Assembly (NCBI GenBank): GCA_963770895.1
Contig: CAVYRF010000002.1
Location: 544,001-608,000, forward strand
Reading direction: 5' to 3'
Origin: an uncultured Acidobacteriota bacterium
GTDB taxonomy: Bacteria; Acidobacteriota; Thermoanaerobaculia; Multivoradales; UBA5704
Length of the DNA stretch: 64,000 bases
The notes under the pieces are model-generated. The model was not told the origin of the DNA, ran no database searches, and worked only from the letters and a program-made list of their open reading frames with translations. Shown piece by piece: positions 10,665 to 20,968 of this stretch (position 1 is the first letter of the stretch; every line of letters begins with the position of its first letter). The position numbers and the translations under genes were made by a program.

Positions 10665-10964
10665 ACCCTTCTCCTTTCGTAGGTGCGTGGCGGCGGCAAA
10701 CAGGAGAGCTACCGGGATGGCCTGCCTGGCGCCAAGGCAACAAGCTGCCGGAGTGTCGCCGCCAAAGCTCGTCCTCTTAAGTGGTGAGGCCAGGTGTGCC
10801 GGAATTGCAGAGAGCCATGAAATGGAGCGGCGCCGGCTCCCCCGCCCTGCCGTACTCGGCTTGATCTACGGCCGATGCCTGAATTCGAGCGCCGTATCGA
10901 GTCTACCGTCCACCGAACCGGGGCAACACCAGTCGGCCGGCTACGCCCGATGGGAGTTGCTTTG

Positions 10965-13679
10965 TCAACTTCCTGCGCTTTCCATCGGGAGGGAGGAGGC
11001 GAGCGGGCCCCTGCGGCGGGACTGGCGAGCGGCCAGGGCGAGAATCGCCACCGCTGCGGCAGCGGCGGCGAGGCGCAGGCCCCAGACCCAGCCGCGGGGG
11101 CGATATTCGAGGTGGACGTGGTGGGTGCCGGATGGAATGTCGAAGCCTAGAAAGCCGGCGTTGACGCGGCAGACAGGCAGGTCGTGGCCGGTGTCCACGG
11201 TTGCCTGCCAGCCGGGCGCCCAGCTGACGCTGGAAGCTACGATGCCGCCGCTTGCCGTGGCGACGTCCATGTCGAATCCATTGGCGTGCGCGCGGATGGA
11301 GCGGACGGCGCCTGTCTGTTCAATTGCCGCCCCAGGCGTCTGCGCAGGCGGCCCGCCGGCGCCCGGCCGGCTGTCGGCGCCAGCCCGTTGCCTCTCGGCA
11401 TGGTCGGCGTGCTGGACGGTGCCGGCGCCGAGTGCCGCGGCGGACCCGCGTGTGGTCGCCGGCGCGGCACCTTGCACAGTGGCGGGTTCGGCATCCGATA
11501 CTGCTGCGGGTGCGGGGGCCGGCTGGCCCACGACGGCAAGGGCGGTCAGCGGTCGGGGGCCGACGCGGACCAGGCGGTTGGCAAAGTCGCGGGTGCGCAA
11601 CGTGGCGCGCAGGGCTTGGGCGTCGTCCCGGACGTAGACGACGCGACGCGGCATGAAGAAGAGCGGCAGGGCGCCGGGGTTCTCCCATACCTTGCCGCCG
11701 ATTCCGTCGTAGACCGGCCGCCAGGGCGGCAGTGGCTGGCGGTCGTGGACCAGGAGCAGGTAGCGGATGGACAGGTAGTCCAGGCCTGGATGCGGGTCGA
11801 GCGGCCCCAGGGCCAGCTGGTCGCCGGGTTGCTGGCCGGGGCGCAACAGCTCGGCGGTGACGCGCGCCGCCGCCGCCGGGCGCATGGCATCGTTGCCGCG
11901 CGGGTCCCAAAGTCCGTACAGCGCGCCCAGGTTGGCGTGCAGGTCGCCGCCTTCGGCGGCTACTCGAAACGGGGACCCCGGTGAAGCCAACGGCCACGGG
12001 GATGCCAGCCGCGCCGGGGACTCTGACGGCTCCGGCAAACTTGGCGAACCGGGAGCTTGGCCGCTCGCAAGGTCAGGGATGGCAGAACCTGCTGCCTGCG
12101 AAGTGAGAAAGGCGACCGCGGGCGGGGGTGCCAGGTCGAGCCGCGGCGCAACCGCCGGTTGGTAGCGCACGCCGAGCAGGCAGAGCTCGATTGCCAGGCC
12201 GGCGGCGGTCACCCGGGGGAAGTGCCGGCGCAGCCGCGGCACGGCCAGGGCGCCGAGCGCCGCGAGCACGGATGCCAGGGCGGCGCCCCAGGCGGCGAGC
12301 GGCCAGGGGGTGCCGGGATTGGGCGGGAGGCAGGCGGCGCCGGCCGTGGCCGCCAGCAGGAGAAACGCCGCGGCGCCGCGGGCGCGCGGTCTGGTGGTCA
12401 GACGGTCCAGAGCAAGGCCGGCGGCCAGGGCGACCGCGACGACGAACAGCAGGCGCAGGCGGCCGGCGGAGGCGTCGCCTAGCAGGGGCACCGCACGCAC
12501 GGCTTGGTAGAAGGGAGCGATGCGCAAGGCGGCCAGCAGGGCCGCCACGCCGCCCGCCAGCAGCGCCGCGATGCGGCCGCCGCAGGCCAGGGCGCCGGCC
12601 ACGGCCAGGGCCAGGGTCGCCAGACCCGCGTAGTCGCCGCACAGCTCGTTGAAGTTGGTGTGCGGCGGCCCGGACCAGGCGCCGTCGCGAGGACTGCCCA
12701 GCGCCAACGGGCTGGCGATGGGCGCCAGGAAGCGCGGCTGGAACGGCGGCGGCTGCACCTCGTCGGGCCGCTCCGCGAGGAGCGCCAGGCGCTCGCTCTG
12801 GGGGAGCGCCTCCAGGAAAGGCAGGAGCGCCGGCGCGGCCAGGGCGGCGGTCAAGACGGTCGCCGCGCACAGCTTGCCCGCGAAGCGCGCGCGCCCGCCC
12901 GGCGGGCCGGGGCGGAGCAGCAGGGCGGCGGTGAAGGCGGCGGCCAGGAGCGCTCCCTGAGCCAGGGTTTCGGGGTTGCCGCCCAGCGCCATGGCCAAGC
13001 CGCAGGCGACCAGCGCGGTCAGGGCGCGCGGCTCGCCGCGCCGCAGCGCCAGCAGGCCCAGCAGCACGCCGGGGGTCCAGGCCGCCGTCATGGCGATCGG
13101 GTGGTACATCCAGGCGACGGCGAAGGTCGACAGCGCGAAGGCGAGCGCGGCGACCGTGGCCCCCGCCCCGCCGGCTCCCAGGGCGCGCGCCAGGGCGTGC
13201 ATCAGCAGCAGCCCGACCAGCATCTGCCAGGCGGCGGCCACAGTCAGTGCACGCTCCGGCGGCAGGGCCAGCGCCAGCAGGTGGAGCGGCGCGAAGGGCG
13301 CCGACTGCGCGTTGCCGAGCAGCGGCTGACCGGTGCCCAGCTCGGAGGCCCACAGCGGCGCCTCGCCGGCGAGCAGGCGCTGGCGCACCAGGGTGCGGAA
13401 CGGCAGCATCTGCAGGCCGATGTCCCAGACCAGGTTGTTGGCCGGCTTCACCGGAACGGCCACCGTCTCTGCCCACGGCCGCCACACGTAGGGCAGGTCG
13501 GTGCCCGCCTGCAACCGGCCGCCCAGCAGCGGCAGGGCAAAAAACGCCAGGGTCAGGGCGGCATAGGCCGCCGCCGCGCGCCAGCCGACGCGCGTCCCCC
13601 AAAGACCCCGCAGCGCCGCGACCAGCAGCGCCGCCCCGGCCAGAAACGTGCAGCAGCTCAAGGCGGCGGCCAGGCTCAT
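10965..13679 (-). CDS. YfhO-family (GT-C-like) membrane protein
   Basis: PLWASELGTGQPLLGNAQSAPFAP, many TM helices, C-terminal SWAPGWQATVD..RVNAGFLG..IPSGTHHVHLEYRP; ATG 13679 forms an ATGA overlap. Confidence 0.85.
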   Translation of the reverse strand: MSLAAALSCCTFLAGAALLVAALRGLWGTRVGWRAAAAYAALTLAFFALPLLGGRLQAGTDLPYVWRPWAETVAVPVKPANNLVWDIGLQMLPFRTLVRQRLLAGEAPLWASELGTGQPLLGNAQSAPFAPLHLLALALPPERALTVAAAWQMLVGLLLMHALARALGAGGAGATVAALAFALSTFAVAWMYHPIAMTAAWTPGVLLGLLALRRGEPRALTALVACGLAMALGGNPETLAQGALLAAAFTAALLLRPGPPGGRARFAGKLCAATVLTAALAAPALLPFLEALPQSERLALLAERPDEVQPPPFQPRFLAPIASPLALGSPRDGAWSGPPHTNFNELCGDYAGLATLALAVAGALACGGRIAALLAGGVAALLAALRIAPFYQAVRAVPLLGDASAGRLRLLFVVAVALAAGLALDRLTTRPRARGAAAFLLLAATAGAACLPPNPGTPWPLAAWGAALASVLAALGALAVPRLRRHFPRVTAAGLAIELCLLGVRYQPAVAPRLDLAPPPAVAFLTSQAAGSAIPDLASGQAPGSPSLPEPSESPARLASPWPLASPGSPFRVAAEGGDLHANLGALYGLWDPRGNDAMRPAAAARVTAELLRPGQQPGDQLALGPLDPHPGLDYLSIRYLLLVHDRQPLPPWRPVYDGIGGKVWENPGALPLFFMPRRVVYVRDDAQALRATLRTRDFANRLVRVGPRPLTALAVVGQPAPAPAAVSDAEPATVQGAAPATTRGSAAALGAGTVQHADHAERQRAGADSRPGAGGPPAQTPGAAIEQTGAVRSIRAHANGFDMDVATASGGIVASSVSWAPGWQATVDTGHDLPVCRVNAGFLGFDIPSGTHHVHLEYRPRGWVWGLRLAAAAAAVAILALAARQSRRRGPLASSLPMESAGS

Positions 13680-15821
13680 CGTTGCGCCGCCGCCGGGCCG
13701 CTCGCCGGCGGCGCAGGCCTCGCGGGCGGCTCCCCTGGGGAAACCGCACGCGGCCCTGGCCGGAAAACCGCCATGGCACGCGCGGCCTTGGGGATTGCCT
13801 CGCTCGCAGCGGGCACGGCTCCTGGCGGCCTCGGCTCCTGCTGAGCGGCCGGCGGGACGGAGGACGCCTTGGGGGGCCGCCGGGCGCGGCGCCGGCTGGG
13901 CGGCGTGCAGCCGGTATAGATGGAAGTTGCCGCCGGCGTAGCCCAGGTCGTCGCCGGCGGCGGCGACCGCCGCGACGGCGGGCTGCCAGCGCAGGGCGAT
14001 GGCGCGATAGCGGTCGAACGCGAACATCTCGCCGGGCGAGGAGCGCAGGATGGCCGGCACGCAGACTTCGGCGGCGGTGCCGACGGCGTAGACGCCGGGC
14101 GCCATCGGCGTGTCCGGCGCATGGCTGACGCCGGCACCCAGGTAGGCCGCGGCCTGCGGCGCGGCGATCGCGGGGTCGATGACGTAGAACGGCGCATAGC
14201 CGTGCCGGTCGACGGCCCGGCGCAGCGCGATGAGGTTCTGCAGGTAGTAGCAGTTGTCGGTCGACAGCGCGAAGCGCATGGGGTTGCGCGTGCCGAGCCA
14301 CCAGGTGTTGGTGGCAGAAACCCAGAGCGGGGCGAGCGCCAGCGCCTCGACCAGCAGCAGCGCGCACACCGCCGCCGCCGCTCGCGGCCGCCGCGCCAGC
14401 CACAGCGCCGCGGGCAGGTACAGGATCGGCAGCACCGGCAGCAGGTGGCGCAACCCGGCGTTGTAGTTCGACGTCATCGCCATCGCCAGATAGACACCCG
14501 CCGCGACCGCCAGCACGATCGAAAACCGCCGCCGCAGCGCCGCCTCCCGCTCTCGCGCCGCCACCTGCTCTATCGCCGCCTCCTGCTCTACCGCTGCCAC
14601 CTGCTCCAGCGCCGCCACCTGCTCCAGCGCCGCCTCCTGCTTCCGCTCCACCTCCTGCTCCTGCACCGCTTCCCGCTCGCGCGCCCGCCGCCGCGCTACC
14701 CACGCCGCCAGCGCCGCGGCGCTGGCCGCCAGCAGGGGCAGCGGGGTTCTGGCCAGCAGCAGCACCGGGAAGTACCACCACAGGCCCTGCGAGTGCATGC
14801 GTCCGAAGTTGCAAGTGGGATAGGTGCCGATGGCGTTTTGCGCGCCGGTCGCCAGCAGCCCCGTCATCCACTGCGCCAATCGCGGGTCGCGGCGCTCCAG
14901 CGCCAGCAGGAAGCGCTGGTAGGGCAGCATGCGGTCGCCCACCTGCATCGTCGCGTGGTTGGTGCAATAGAGCTCGATCGAGCGGCGGCCGGCGGCCGGG
15001 TCGTAGCGGCGGTTGGCGATCGCGTAGACCGCTTCGACGGCCACCCAGGCGACGGCGAGCGCCAGGCAGCCGTGCAGCAGGCGCCGCCGCCACGCCGCCC
15101 ACGCCGCGCCCGTCCCTGGCCCTGACCTCCGCCGGTGCGCGGGCGGCGCGCTCGCCGGATCGCGCGCCAGGAGCAGGGCGACGGCAAGCGCCGGCACCAC
15201 GAAGAGACCGGTGTACTTGCCGACGATGGCAAGCCCCAACCCCAGGCCCATGCCGATCGCCGGCGCCGCCGCGGGGCACCGCAGGTAGCGGTGGGCCGCC
15301 AGCAGGGCGACGGCGAAGCCCAGCGCCGGCGCCACGTCGGTGTAGATCATGCCGAGCAGCGGAAAGAAGCTGAAGTCGAGGCCGAGCAGGAGCGCCAGAA
15401 CGATGCCGGCGGGGGCGCCCCCCAGCGCCCGCCCCAGCAGGAAGGCGGCGACCACCAGCGGCAGGCCGAACAGGCACAGCACGACGGCGCGGCCGCCGAA
15501 GCGGGCGCGCCGCTCGGCGGCCGGCTGCGCGTACACCTCCTGCAGCTTTTGCAGCCCGTCGTCGACCAGCAGCGGCGGGGTGAGCGGCCTGGGCAGCGCC
15601 GCCAGCGGCAGCGCCGCCAGCATCTTGAGCAGCGGCGGGTGCTCCAGGTTGAGGCTGTTCTGGCCGTAGCGGTCTGCCTGGTAGCCGGCGAGCGCGGCGT
15701 AGGCCTCGTCGCTGGTGACCGATTGCCGGGAGATGGCCAGCCCTTGCAGGATCAGGATGCCGGCGGCGCCGGCGAGCGCGATCGCCCACCAGGTGGGCGT
15801 GATGGCAAACTTGGCCGGCAT
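13676..15821 (-). CDS. ArnT/PMT-like (GT-C) membrane glycosyltransferase; appears fused to the downstream gene through a probable frameshift
   Basis: SVTSDE, LNLEHPPLLK, YTDVA, GKYTG, WWYFP, GLRHLLPVLP; an alternative-frame Pro/Ala tail ends at TGA 13676-13678 overlapping the next ATG. Confidence 0.8.
14555..14680. repeat. Degenerate 18-bp tandem repeat (EQVAAL/EQEAAI units) inside the glycosyltransferase
   Basis: Repeated gccacctgctccagcgcc-like units. Confidence 0.75.
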
Positions 15822-15828
15822 GTCTGCG

Positions 15829-16701
15829 CTACACCGGGTCGCCGTGCACGAACACCTCGGAGCGCGGGATCTCGCGCTCGATGGCGTCCAGCACGCGCAC
15901 CATCAGGGAGTGGGCGCCGACGAACGAGGTGGCGCGCGGGATCTCCAGGTGCAGCGAAATGAAGCTGCGGCCGCCGCTGCGGCGGGTCTGCAGGCCGTGC
16001 ATGCCGGCCACTTCCGGCTTGAAGGCGGCGACGGTAGCCTCGATGCGGCGCAGGTCGGCCGGCGGCAGGGCGCGGTCGGAAAGGCCGCCGCAGGCCTCCA
16101 GGATCAGGCCGGCGGCGGTGCGCAGCACATAGATCGCCACCAGCAGCGCCACCGCCGCGTCGATCGGCGCCCAGCCGGTGAAACGCACCACCACCAGCGC
16201 CGCCAGGGCCGAGCCGTTGATCCACAGGTCGGCGCGAAAATGCTTGCTGTCGGCCTTCATCGCCGGGCTGCCGGTCTGCGCCGCCGCCCGCTCCAGGCGC
16301 GGCGTCACCAGCAGGCCGAGCAGCAGCGAGGCGGCCAGCACGGCGATGCCGATGGCGGTCTGGCGCGGCACCTCCAGCGACACCAGGCGCTCGACGCCGG
16401 CGGTCACCAGGCCCGCCGCGGCACCGACCAGGAACAGCCCCTGCCCCAGCATCGCCAGGTCCTCGAACTTGCCGTGGCCGAAGGCGTGCTTTTCGTCCGG
16501 TGGCGCCGCCCCCTGGCGGCGGGCGACAAAGCTGGCGCTGTACACGAAGCAATCGATCAGCGAATCGAGCGCCGCCGAGCCCAGGGCGAGCGAACCGGTC
16601 GCCAGGGCCCCCGCCGCCTTGAACGTCACCAGCAGGGCGCTGGTGGCCGCCGGCAGCAGCGGCACCAGCCAGGGGCGGCGGCGGGCGGGAGGGGCGCTCA
16701 T
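15829..16701 (-). CDS. Cation diffusion facilitator (FieF-like) transporter
   Basis: TGSLAL..ALDSLID, PPDEKHAFGHGKFE, ADSKHFRAD, IDAAVA, C-terminal VFVHGDP. Confidence 0.92.
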   Translation of the reverse strand: MSAPPARRRPWLVPLLPAATSALLVTFKAAGALATGSLALGSAALDSLIDCFVYSASFVARRQGAAPPDEKHAFGHGKFEDLAMLGQGLFLVGAAAGLVTAGVERLVSLEVPRQTAIGIAVLAASLLLGLLVTPRLERAAAQTGSPAMKADSKHFRADLWINGSALAALVVVRFTGWAPIDAAVALLVAIYVLRTAAGLILEACGGLSDRALPPADLRRIEATVAAFKPEVAGMHGLQTRRSGGRSFISLHLEIPRATSFVGAHSLMVRVLDAIEREIPRSEVFVHGDPV

Positions 16702-17618
16702 CCGGGGTATTTCGCCAGCAGCTGCCGCGCCTGCGCCGCCGCGTCTTCGTCTTCCACCAGCCGCTCCGGCAGCGGCGGCCGCGCCAGCTCGCGGCGCAGC
16801 AGCTGCCGCGCTTCGGCGGCCTGGGCCGGCTGGTACTGCAGCAGCGCATCGGCCAGGAAGACGGAGTTGAGCGGGAAGTCGGGGGCGAGCACAACGGCCC
16901 GCCGCAGCTCGGCGACGGCGGTGCCGCGGTCGATCCAGCCGGTGAAGAACGGCACCTTGGGCGCCAGGGTGTGCAGGCGGCCCAGCAGGCGATGGCCGCC
17001 GGCGCTTTCGTAGCGTTCGTCGATCGCGATCACCACCTGGGCGTAGCGGCGCACCCGGTCGCCCACCCCCTGCCGCGCCGCCGCCAGGCGGCCGAAGTTG
17101 TCGCCCCACAACGCCCAATGGATGCCTGCCCAGAGGTGGATCGCGATCGCTTCGGGGGTGCCGGCCAGCGCCTTGGCGACGGCTTGCGGCGGCATGGCGT
17201 CCAGGCGCTCGCGGCCGCCCACCCGGCGGCTGAGCAGCGTCAGGCCCGCCTCCGCCACGTCGCGCGCCGACCCGAATACCTCCTGCTTCCGCTCGCGCGT
17301 GGAAGCGGCGAACTCACCCTGGAAGTGCAGGGCGCGCAGCAGCTTCCAACAGGTTTCCAGGCGGTCCGGCTGCTCCTTCCAGGCCTGCCGATAGGCGGCG
17401 ACGGCTTCGCCGATCGGACCGGCGGCGGCGCGCCCGCTGCCGGCGGCGTGCCCCTCCGCCCGGCGATCCCAGGCGGCGTCTCCCTGCGCCAGGCCGGCGG
17501 GCGCGGTGGTGGAAGCGGCGGGCGGATCGTTGCGCGCCGGCAAGGCGGGCGCCAGGAGCAGCGGCAGCAACAGCGCAGCGGCCAGCGGCCCTGCGGATCG
17601 ACGATAGCTGGATGGCAT
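16698..17618 (-). CDS. Secreted TPR-like alpha-helical protein
   Basis: GGAGG RBS; signal peptide; helical repeats (LLGRLHTLAP..GWIDR..AELRRA..LAPDFPLN). Confidence 0.7.
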   Translation of the reverse strand: MPSSYRRSAGPLAAALLLPLLLAPALPARNDPPAASTTAPAGLAQGDAAWDRRAEGHAAGSGRAAAGPIGEAVAAYRQAWKEQPDRLETCWKLLRALHFQGEFAASTRERKQEVFGSARDVAEAGLTLLSRRVGGRERLDAMPPQAVAKALAGTPEAIAIHLWAGIHWALWGDNFGRLAAARQGVGDRVRRYAQVVIAIDERYESAGGHRLLGRLHTLAPKVPFFTGWIDRGTAVAELRRAVVLAPDFPLNSVFLADALLQYQPAQAAEARQLLRRELARPPLPERLVEDEDAAAQARQLLAKYPG

Positions 17619-17746
17619 GGATTGAGCCTCCGTGGCCGGCCGCGCCCTCAACGGCGCGCCGCCGCCCCTCCGCGCGTGAACGCGCCGCTGGGGCGCGGGC
17701 GATGAACGCGAGCAGGAATTCTGCCATGAAGCGGTATCATCGCGGC

Positions 17747-18430
17747 ATGGCGACTGGCATCCAGGGTCCTCGTCTGCCGCTCTTCCCGCTCGCCGGCGTG
17801 GTGCATTTCCCCCATACGCAGCTCAAGATCCACGTCGCCGAGCCGGCCTGCCGGCGGCTGGTGCAGGACGTCGTCGAGCAGGACGAAGACGGCCGCCTGG
17901 TCGGCGTGGTGCTGCTCAAGCCCGGCTTTGCGCGCGACCGGCACGGCCGCCCCGAAGTCTTCGCCGGCGGCACCGCCGGCCGCCTGCTGGATGCCGAGCT
18001 GCTGCCCGACGGCTGCTCCAACATCGTGCTGCACGGCGAATACCGCTTCCAGCTGCGCTGCGAAGTCGGCCAGCTGCCCTACCGCCAGGCGGTGGTCGAT
18101 CCGGTCGAAGAGCCCTGGGTGAACGAGCGGGATCCCGGCATCGTCGCGGTCCGCTCCGGCCTGCTCGATCTGCTCGGCCAGCTGACGTCGGAGCTCGGCG
18201 ACCGCTGCCCCTGGGACCCCGATCAGATCACCGCCGTGGACCACTTCGAAGAGCTGGTCAACCGCATCGCCGCCGACCTGGACACGCCGGCGCTGCGCAA
18301 GCAGCAGCTCCTGCAGGAGTCGCTGCCCGACCGGGCGCTCTCGGTGCTGTCGATCCTGCGCAGCCGCCGCCTGGTGATCGAACGGCTCCGCCCGTTCCGC
18401 CACCTGGCCACCGACAAGCGCCTCAACTGA
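17747..18430 (+). CDS. Stand-alone Lon N-terminal substrate-binding domain protein
   Basis: LPLFPLAGVVHFPHTQLKIHVAEP, LLPDGCSNIVLHGEYRF, KQQLLQE; no AAA+ or protease domain. Confidence 0.85.
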   Translation: MATGIQGPRLPLFPLAGVVHFPHTQLKIHVAEPACRRLVQDVVEQDEDGRLVGVVLLKPGFARDRHGRPEVFAGGTAGRLLDAELLPDGCSNIVLHGEYRFQLRCEVGQLPYRQAVVDPVEEPWVNERDPGIVAVRSGLLDLLGQLTSELGDRCPWDPDQITAVDHFEELVNRIAADLDTPALRKQQLLQESLPDRALSVLSILRSRRLVIERLRPFRHLATDKRLN

Positions 18431-18442
18431 ACCTTTTCCGTC

Positions 18443-19678
18443 GTGCTTTCGATCCGCGATCCGGTGCACGGCTTCATCCGGGCGGACCCGCTGGAGGCGG
18501 CGCTGATCGCCAGCCAGCCCTTCCAGCGGTTGCGCTTCATTCATCAGCTGGGCTTCACCTTCCTGGTCTATCCGGGCGCCGAGCACAGCCGCTTCAGCCA
18601 CGCCCTGGGAGCGATGCACCTGGCCGGGCGGGTCTACGACGCGCTCGCCGCCAAAAGCGACGGCATGCTGCCGGGCGAGCGCCAGAACCTGCCTCGCCGG
18701 CTGGTTCGCGCCGCGGCGCTGCTGCACGACCTGGGGCACGCGCCGTTCAGCCACTCGGCCGAAGAGCTGTTCGAAGGCGGCATCGACCACGAAGAGATGA
18801 CCCGCCGCCTCATCCACACCACCGAGATCGAAGACATCTTCGCGCGCCACGGCCAGGGGCTCGAAGCCGCGGCGGTCAGCGGCCTGCTGGCCGGCTCGAC
18901 CGGAACCGCCGGCCCAGCCGCCCCAGCCAGCCCTGGCGCGGGGCGCATCGAGCAGCTCCTGGCGCAGGTGATCTCGGGCGAGCTGGACGTCGACAAGATG
19001 GACTACCTGCTGCGCGACGGCCTGTACTGCGGCGTGCGCTATGGCAACTACGACCTGGAACGCCTGCTCGACACCATGCTGCCGCTGGCCGATCCCGAGC
19101 GCGGCGAATGGGGCATCGGCGTCGAAGAAGGCGGCGTCCACGCCCTCGAAGCCCTGGTGATGGCGCGGTACTACATGTTCACCCAGGTCTACTTCAACGT
19201 CACCGGCAAGGTCCTGGAGCTGCACCTCAACGCCTGGCTGCAGGAATGCGATCGCCGCTGGCCCGCCGATCCGGAAAGCTTCCTTGCCGAGGACGACCTG
19301 TCGGTATGGACCGCGATGCGCCAATCGCCCAGCCTGCACGCCCGCGCCGTCGTCGCGCGCCGGCACTTTCCCCTGGCCTTCGAAACCCGCGAGCACCTCA
19401 ACCGCGCCGACAAGGACCGCTTCGAGGCGCTTCTGCCGGCCCTGCGCCAGCGCTTCGGCGCCGCCAACCTGCTGCTGTCCAATTCCGCCAAGGACCCCCA
19501 CCGCATGGGCAAGAGCCGCGTCCGCGTGCTGGTCCGCGGCTTCGACGGCACGCTCGCGCCGATGGAACACACCAGCCAGTTCATCCGCCATCTGGCCCGC
19601 ATCGACCGCTATCGCGTCTACGCCACCGCGGCCCTGCGCGATGACGTCGCCGCCGCCTTGCGCGAACAGTGGGACTGA
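18443..19678 (+). CDS. HD-domain phosphohydrolase (SAMHD1/dNTPase-like)
   Basis: IRDPVHG, FQRLRFIHQLG, HSRFSHALG, LLHDLGHAPFSH, DVDKMDYLLRD. Confidence 0.92.
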   Translation: MLSIRDPVHGFIRADPLEAALIASQPFQRLRFIHQLGFTFLVYPGAEHSRFSHALGAMHLAGRVYDALAAKSDGMLPGERQNLPRRLVRAAALLHDLGHAPFSHSAEELFEGGIDHEEMTRRLIHTTEIEDIFARHGQGLEAAAVSGLLAGSTGTAGPAAPASPGAGRIEQLLAQVISGELDVDKMDYLLRDGLYCGVRYGNYDLERLLDTMLPLADPERGEWGIGVEEGGVHALEALVMARYYMFTQVYFNVTGKVLELHLNAWLQECDRRWPADPESFLAEDDLSVWTAMRQSPSLHARAVVARRHFPLAFETREHLNRADKDRFEALLPALRQRFGAANLLLSNSAKDPHRMGKSRVRVLVRGFDGTLAPMEHTSQFIRHLARIDRYRVYATAALRDDVAAALREQWD

Positions 19679-19729
19679 GGGGCCGGCCGTTTCCCCGCCC
19701 CAGCGCCAGTGGCTGGGCCAGGACTAGGG

Positions 19730-19895
19730 CTAGTGTCCCGCCCGGTTAATTCGCATGGTATTCACTTGCCCTCCGGCCCCCTGGCGGCGTTGCGCCTCCT
19801 CGACATACGTTTCGACTATGCCTGCGTCGGCGCGCCTTGCCAGTGGACCGGATTGCGGCGTGACTACCAAGCGAATTAACCGGGCGGGACACTAG
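19730..19895. mobile_element. Non-coding MITE-like long-hairpin element with CTAG ends
   Basis: 25-bp perfect terminal inverted repeat CTAGTGTCCCGCCCGGTTAATTCGC / GCGAATTAACCGGGCGGGACACTAG; interior imperfectly palindromic; 8-bp direct repeat ACTAGGGC at 19723-19730 and 19891-19898. Confidence 0.7.
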
Positions 19896-20815
19896 GGCAG
19901 AAGATCCGCCAGGGCGCCGGCCAGATCGGCAAACCGGAAGCGATAGCCCGCCGCAAGCAGGCGCTCGGGTACCGCGCGCTGACCGGTGAGCACGCCTTCG
20001 GCCAGCTCTCCCAGCAGCAGACGCAGCGCAAAGGCGGGTGCCGCCAGCACGCTGGGGCGGTGCAGCTGGCGGCCCAGCGAGCGGGCAAAGTCGCGGTTGC
20101 GGACCGGCTGCGGCGCACACAGGTTGAACGGCCCATGCGCCGCGCCGGCGCGCAATAGGAAGAGGATGGCGCCCACCTCGTCGGCACGGTGGATCCAGGG
20201 CAGCCATTGGTTTCCGGTGCCCAGCGGCCCCCCGGCGCCAAGGCGGAACGCCGGCAGCATCTTCCCCAGCGCCCCGCCTGCAGGGTCGAGCACGATGCCG
20301 GTGCGCAGCACGACCCGCCGCACGCCGAGCTCCTCCGCCGCCGCCGTCGACCCTTCCCAGGCGACCGCCGCCCGCGCCAGAAAGTCGCCGCCCGGCGGGC
20401 TGTCTTCGTGCAGCGCCGCTTCACCGGTGCCGCCATCGCCGTAATAGCCGATCCCCGACCCCTGCAGGAGCGCCGCCGGAGCGCGCCCGGCCGCGGCAGC
20501 CTCGCGCAGAGCCAGCATCACCGCGTTGCCCGCCTCGACCCGGCTGTCCAGGATGCGCCGCTTGCGGGCCGCGGTCCACCGGCCGCCGGCGATCGGCTCC
20601 CCCGCCAGGTTGATCACCGCCGAGTCCGCCTGGAGCAGCGGCGCCCAGCCATCCCCCGAGCGCCCATCCCACCGCACCGCGCGCGCTCCCGCCGGCAGCT
20701 CGCGCACCCTGCCAGGGTCGCGCGACAACACCACCACCTCGTCGCCCTGCGCCGCCAACGCCCGCGTCAGAGCGCCGCCGATCAACCCCGAGCCTCCAGT
20801 GATGAGCACCCGCAC
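19892..20815 (-). CDS. TIGR01777-family NAD-dependent epimerase/oxidoreductase
   Basis: MRVLITGGSGLIG, INLAGEPI..RWT, RVVLRTGIVL, GNQWLPWIH, GQRAVP. Confidence 0.93.
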   Translation of the reverse strand: MRVLITGGSGLIGGALTRALAAQGDEVVVLSRDPGRVRELPAGARAVRWDGRSGDGWAPLLQADSAVINLAGEPIAGGRWTAARKRRILDSRVEAGNAVMLALREAAAAGRAPAALLQGSGIGYYGDGGTGEAALHEDSPPGGDFLARAAVAWEGSTAAAEELGVRRVVLRTGIVLDPAGGALGKMLPAFRLGAGGPLGTGNQWLPWIHRADEVGAILFLLRAGAAHGPFNLCAPQPVRNRDFARSLGRQLHRPSVLAAPAFALRLLLGELAEGVLTGQRAVPERLLAAGYRFRFADLAGALADLLP

Positions 20816-20968
20816 GCCGCCCCCTTTCTATCCCGCCGCTAGCCCGCTACCCGCGCAGGTGCACGCTTCACGCCACGGCGAAAACTTGCGCGTCGGGAGA
20901 CCCGTTTTGCGTCTTCCTAATTGATGGCATGGAACGACCAGAACCTGCACGATCGAGCCAGCGACCCA

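Noticed and set aside
10965-15821. 1618-aa glycosyltransferase-YfhO fusion in the ORF track
   Set aside because: The linker reads as off-frame sequence, and another frame ends in a TGA overlapping ATG 13679 (ATGA coupling), so these are probably two genes joined by an indel
17747-19678. Lon-N plus HD dNTPase pair as an anti-phage system
   Set aside because: Housekeeping context and typical GC; nothing in the sequence points to a defence island
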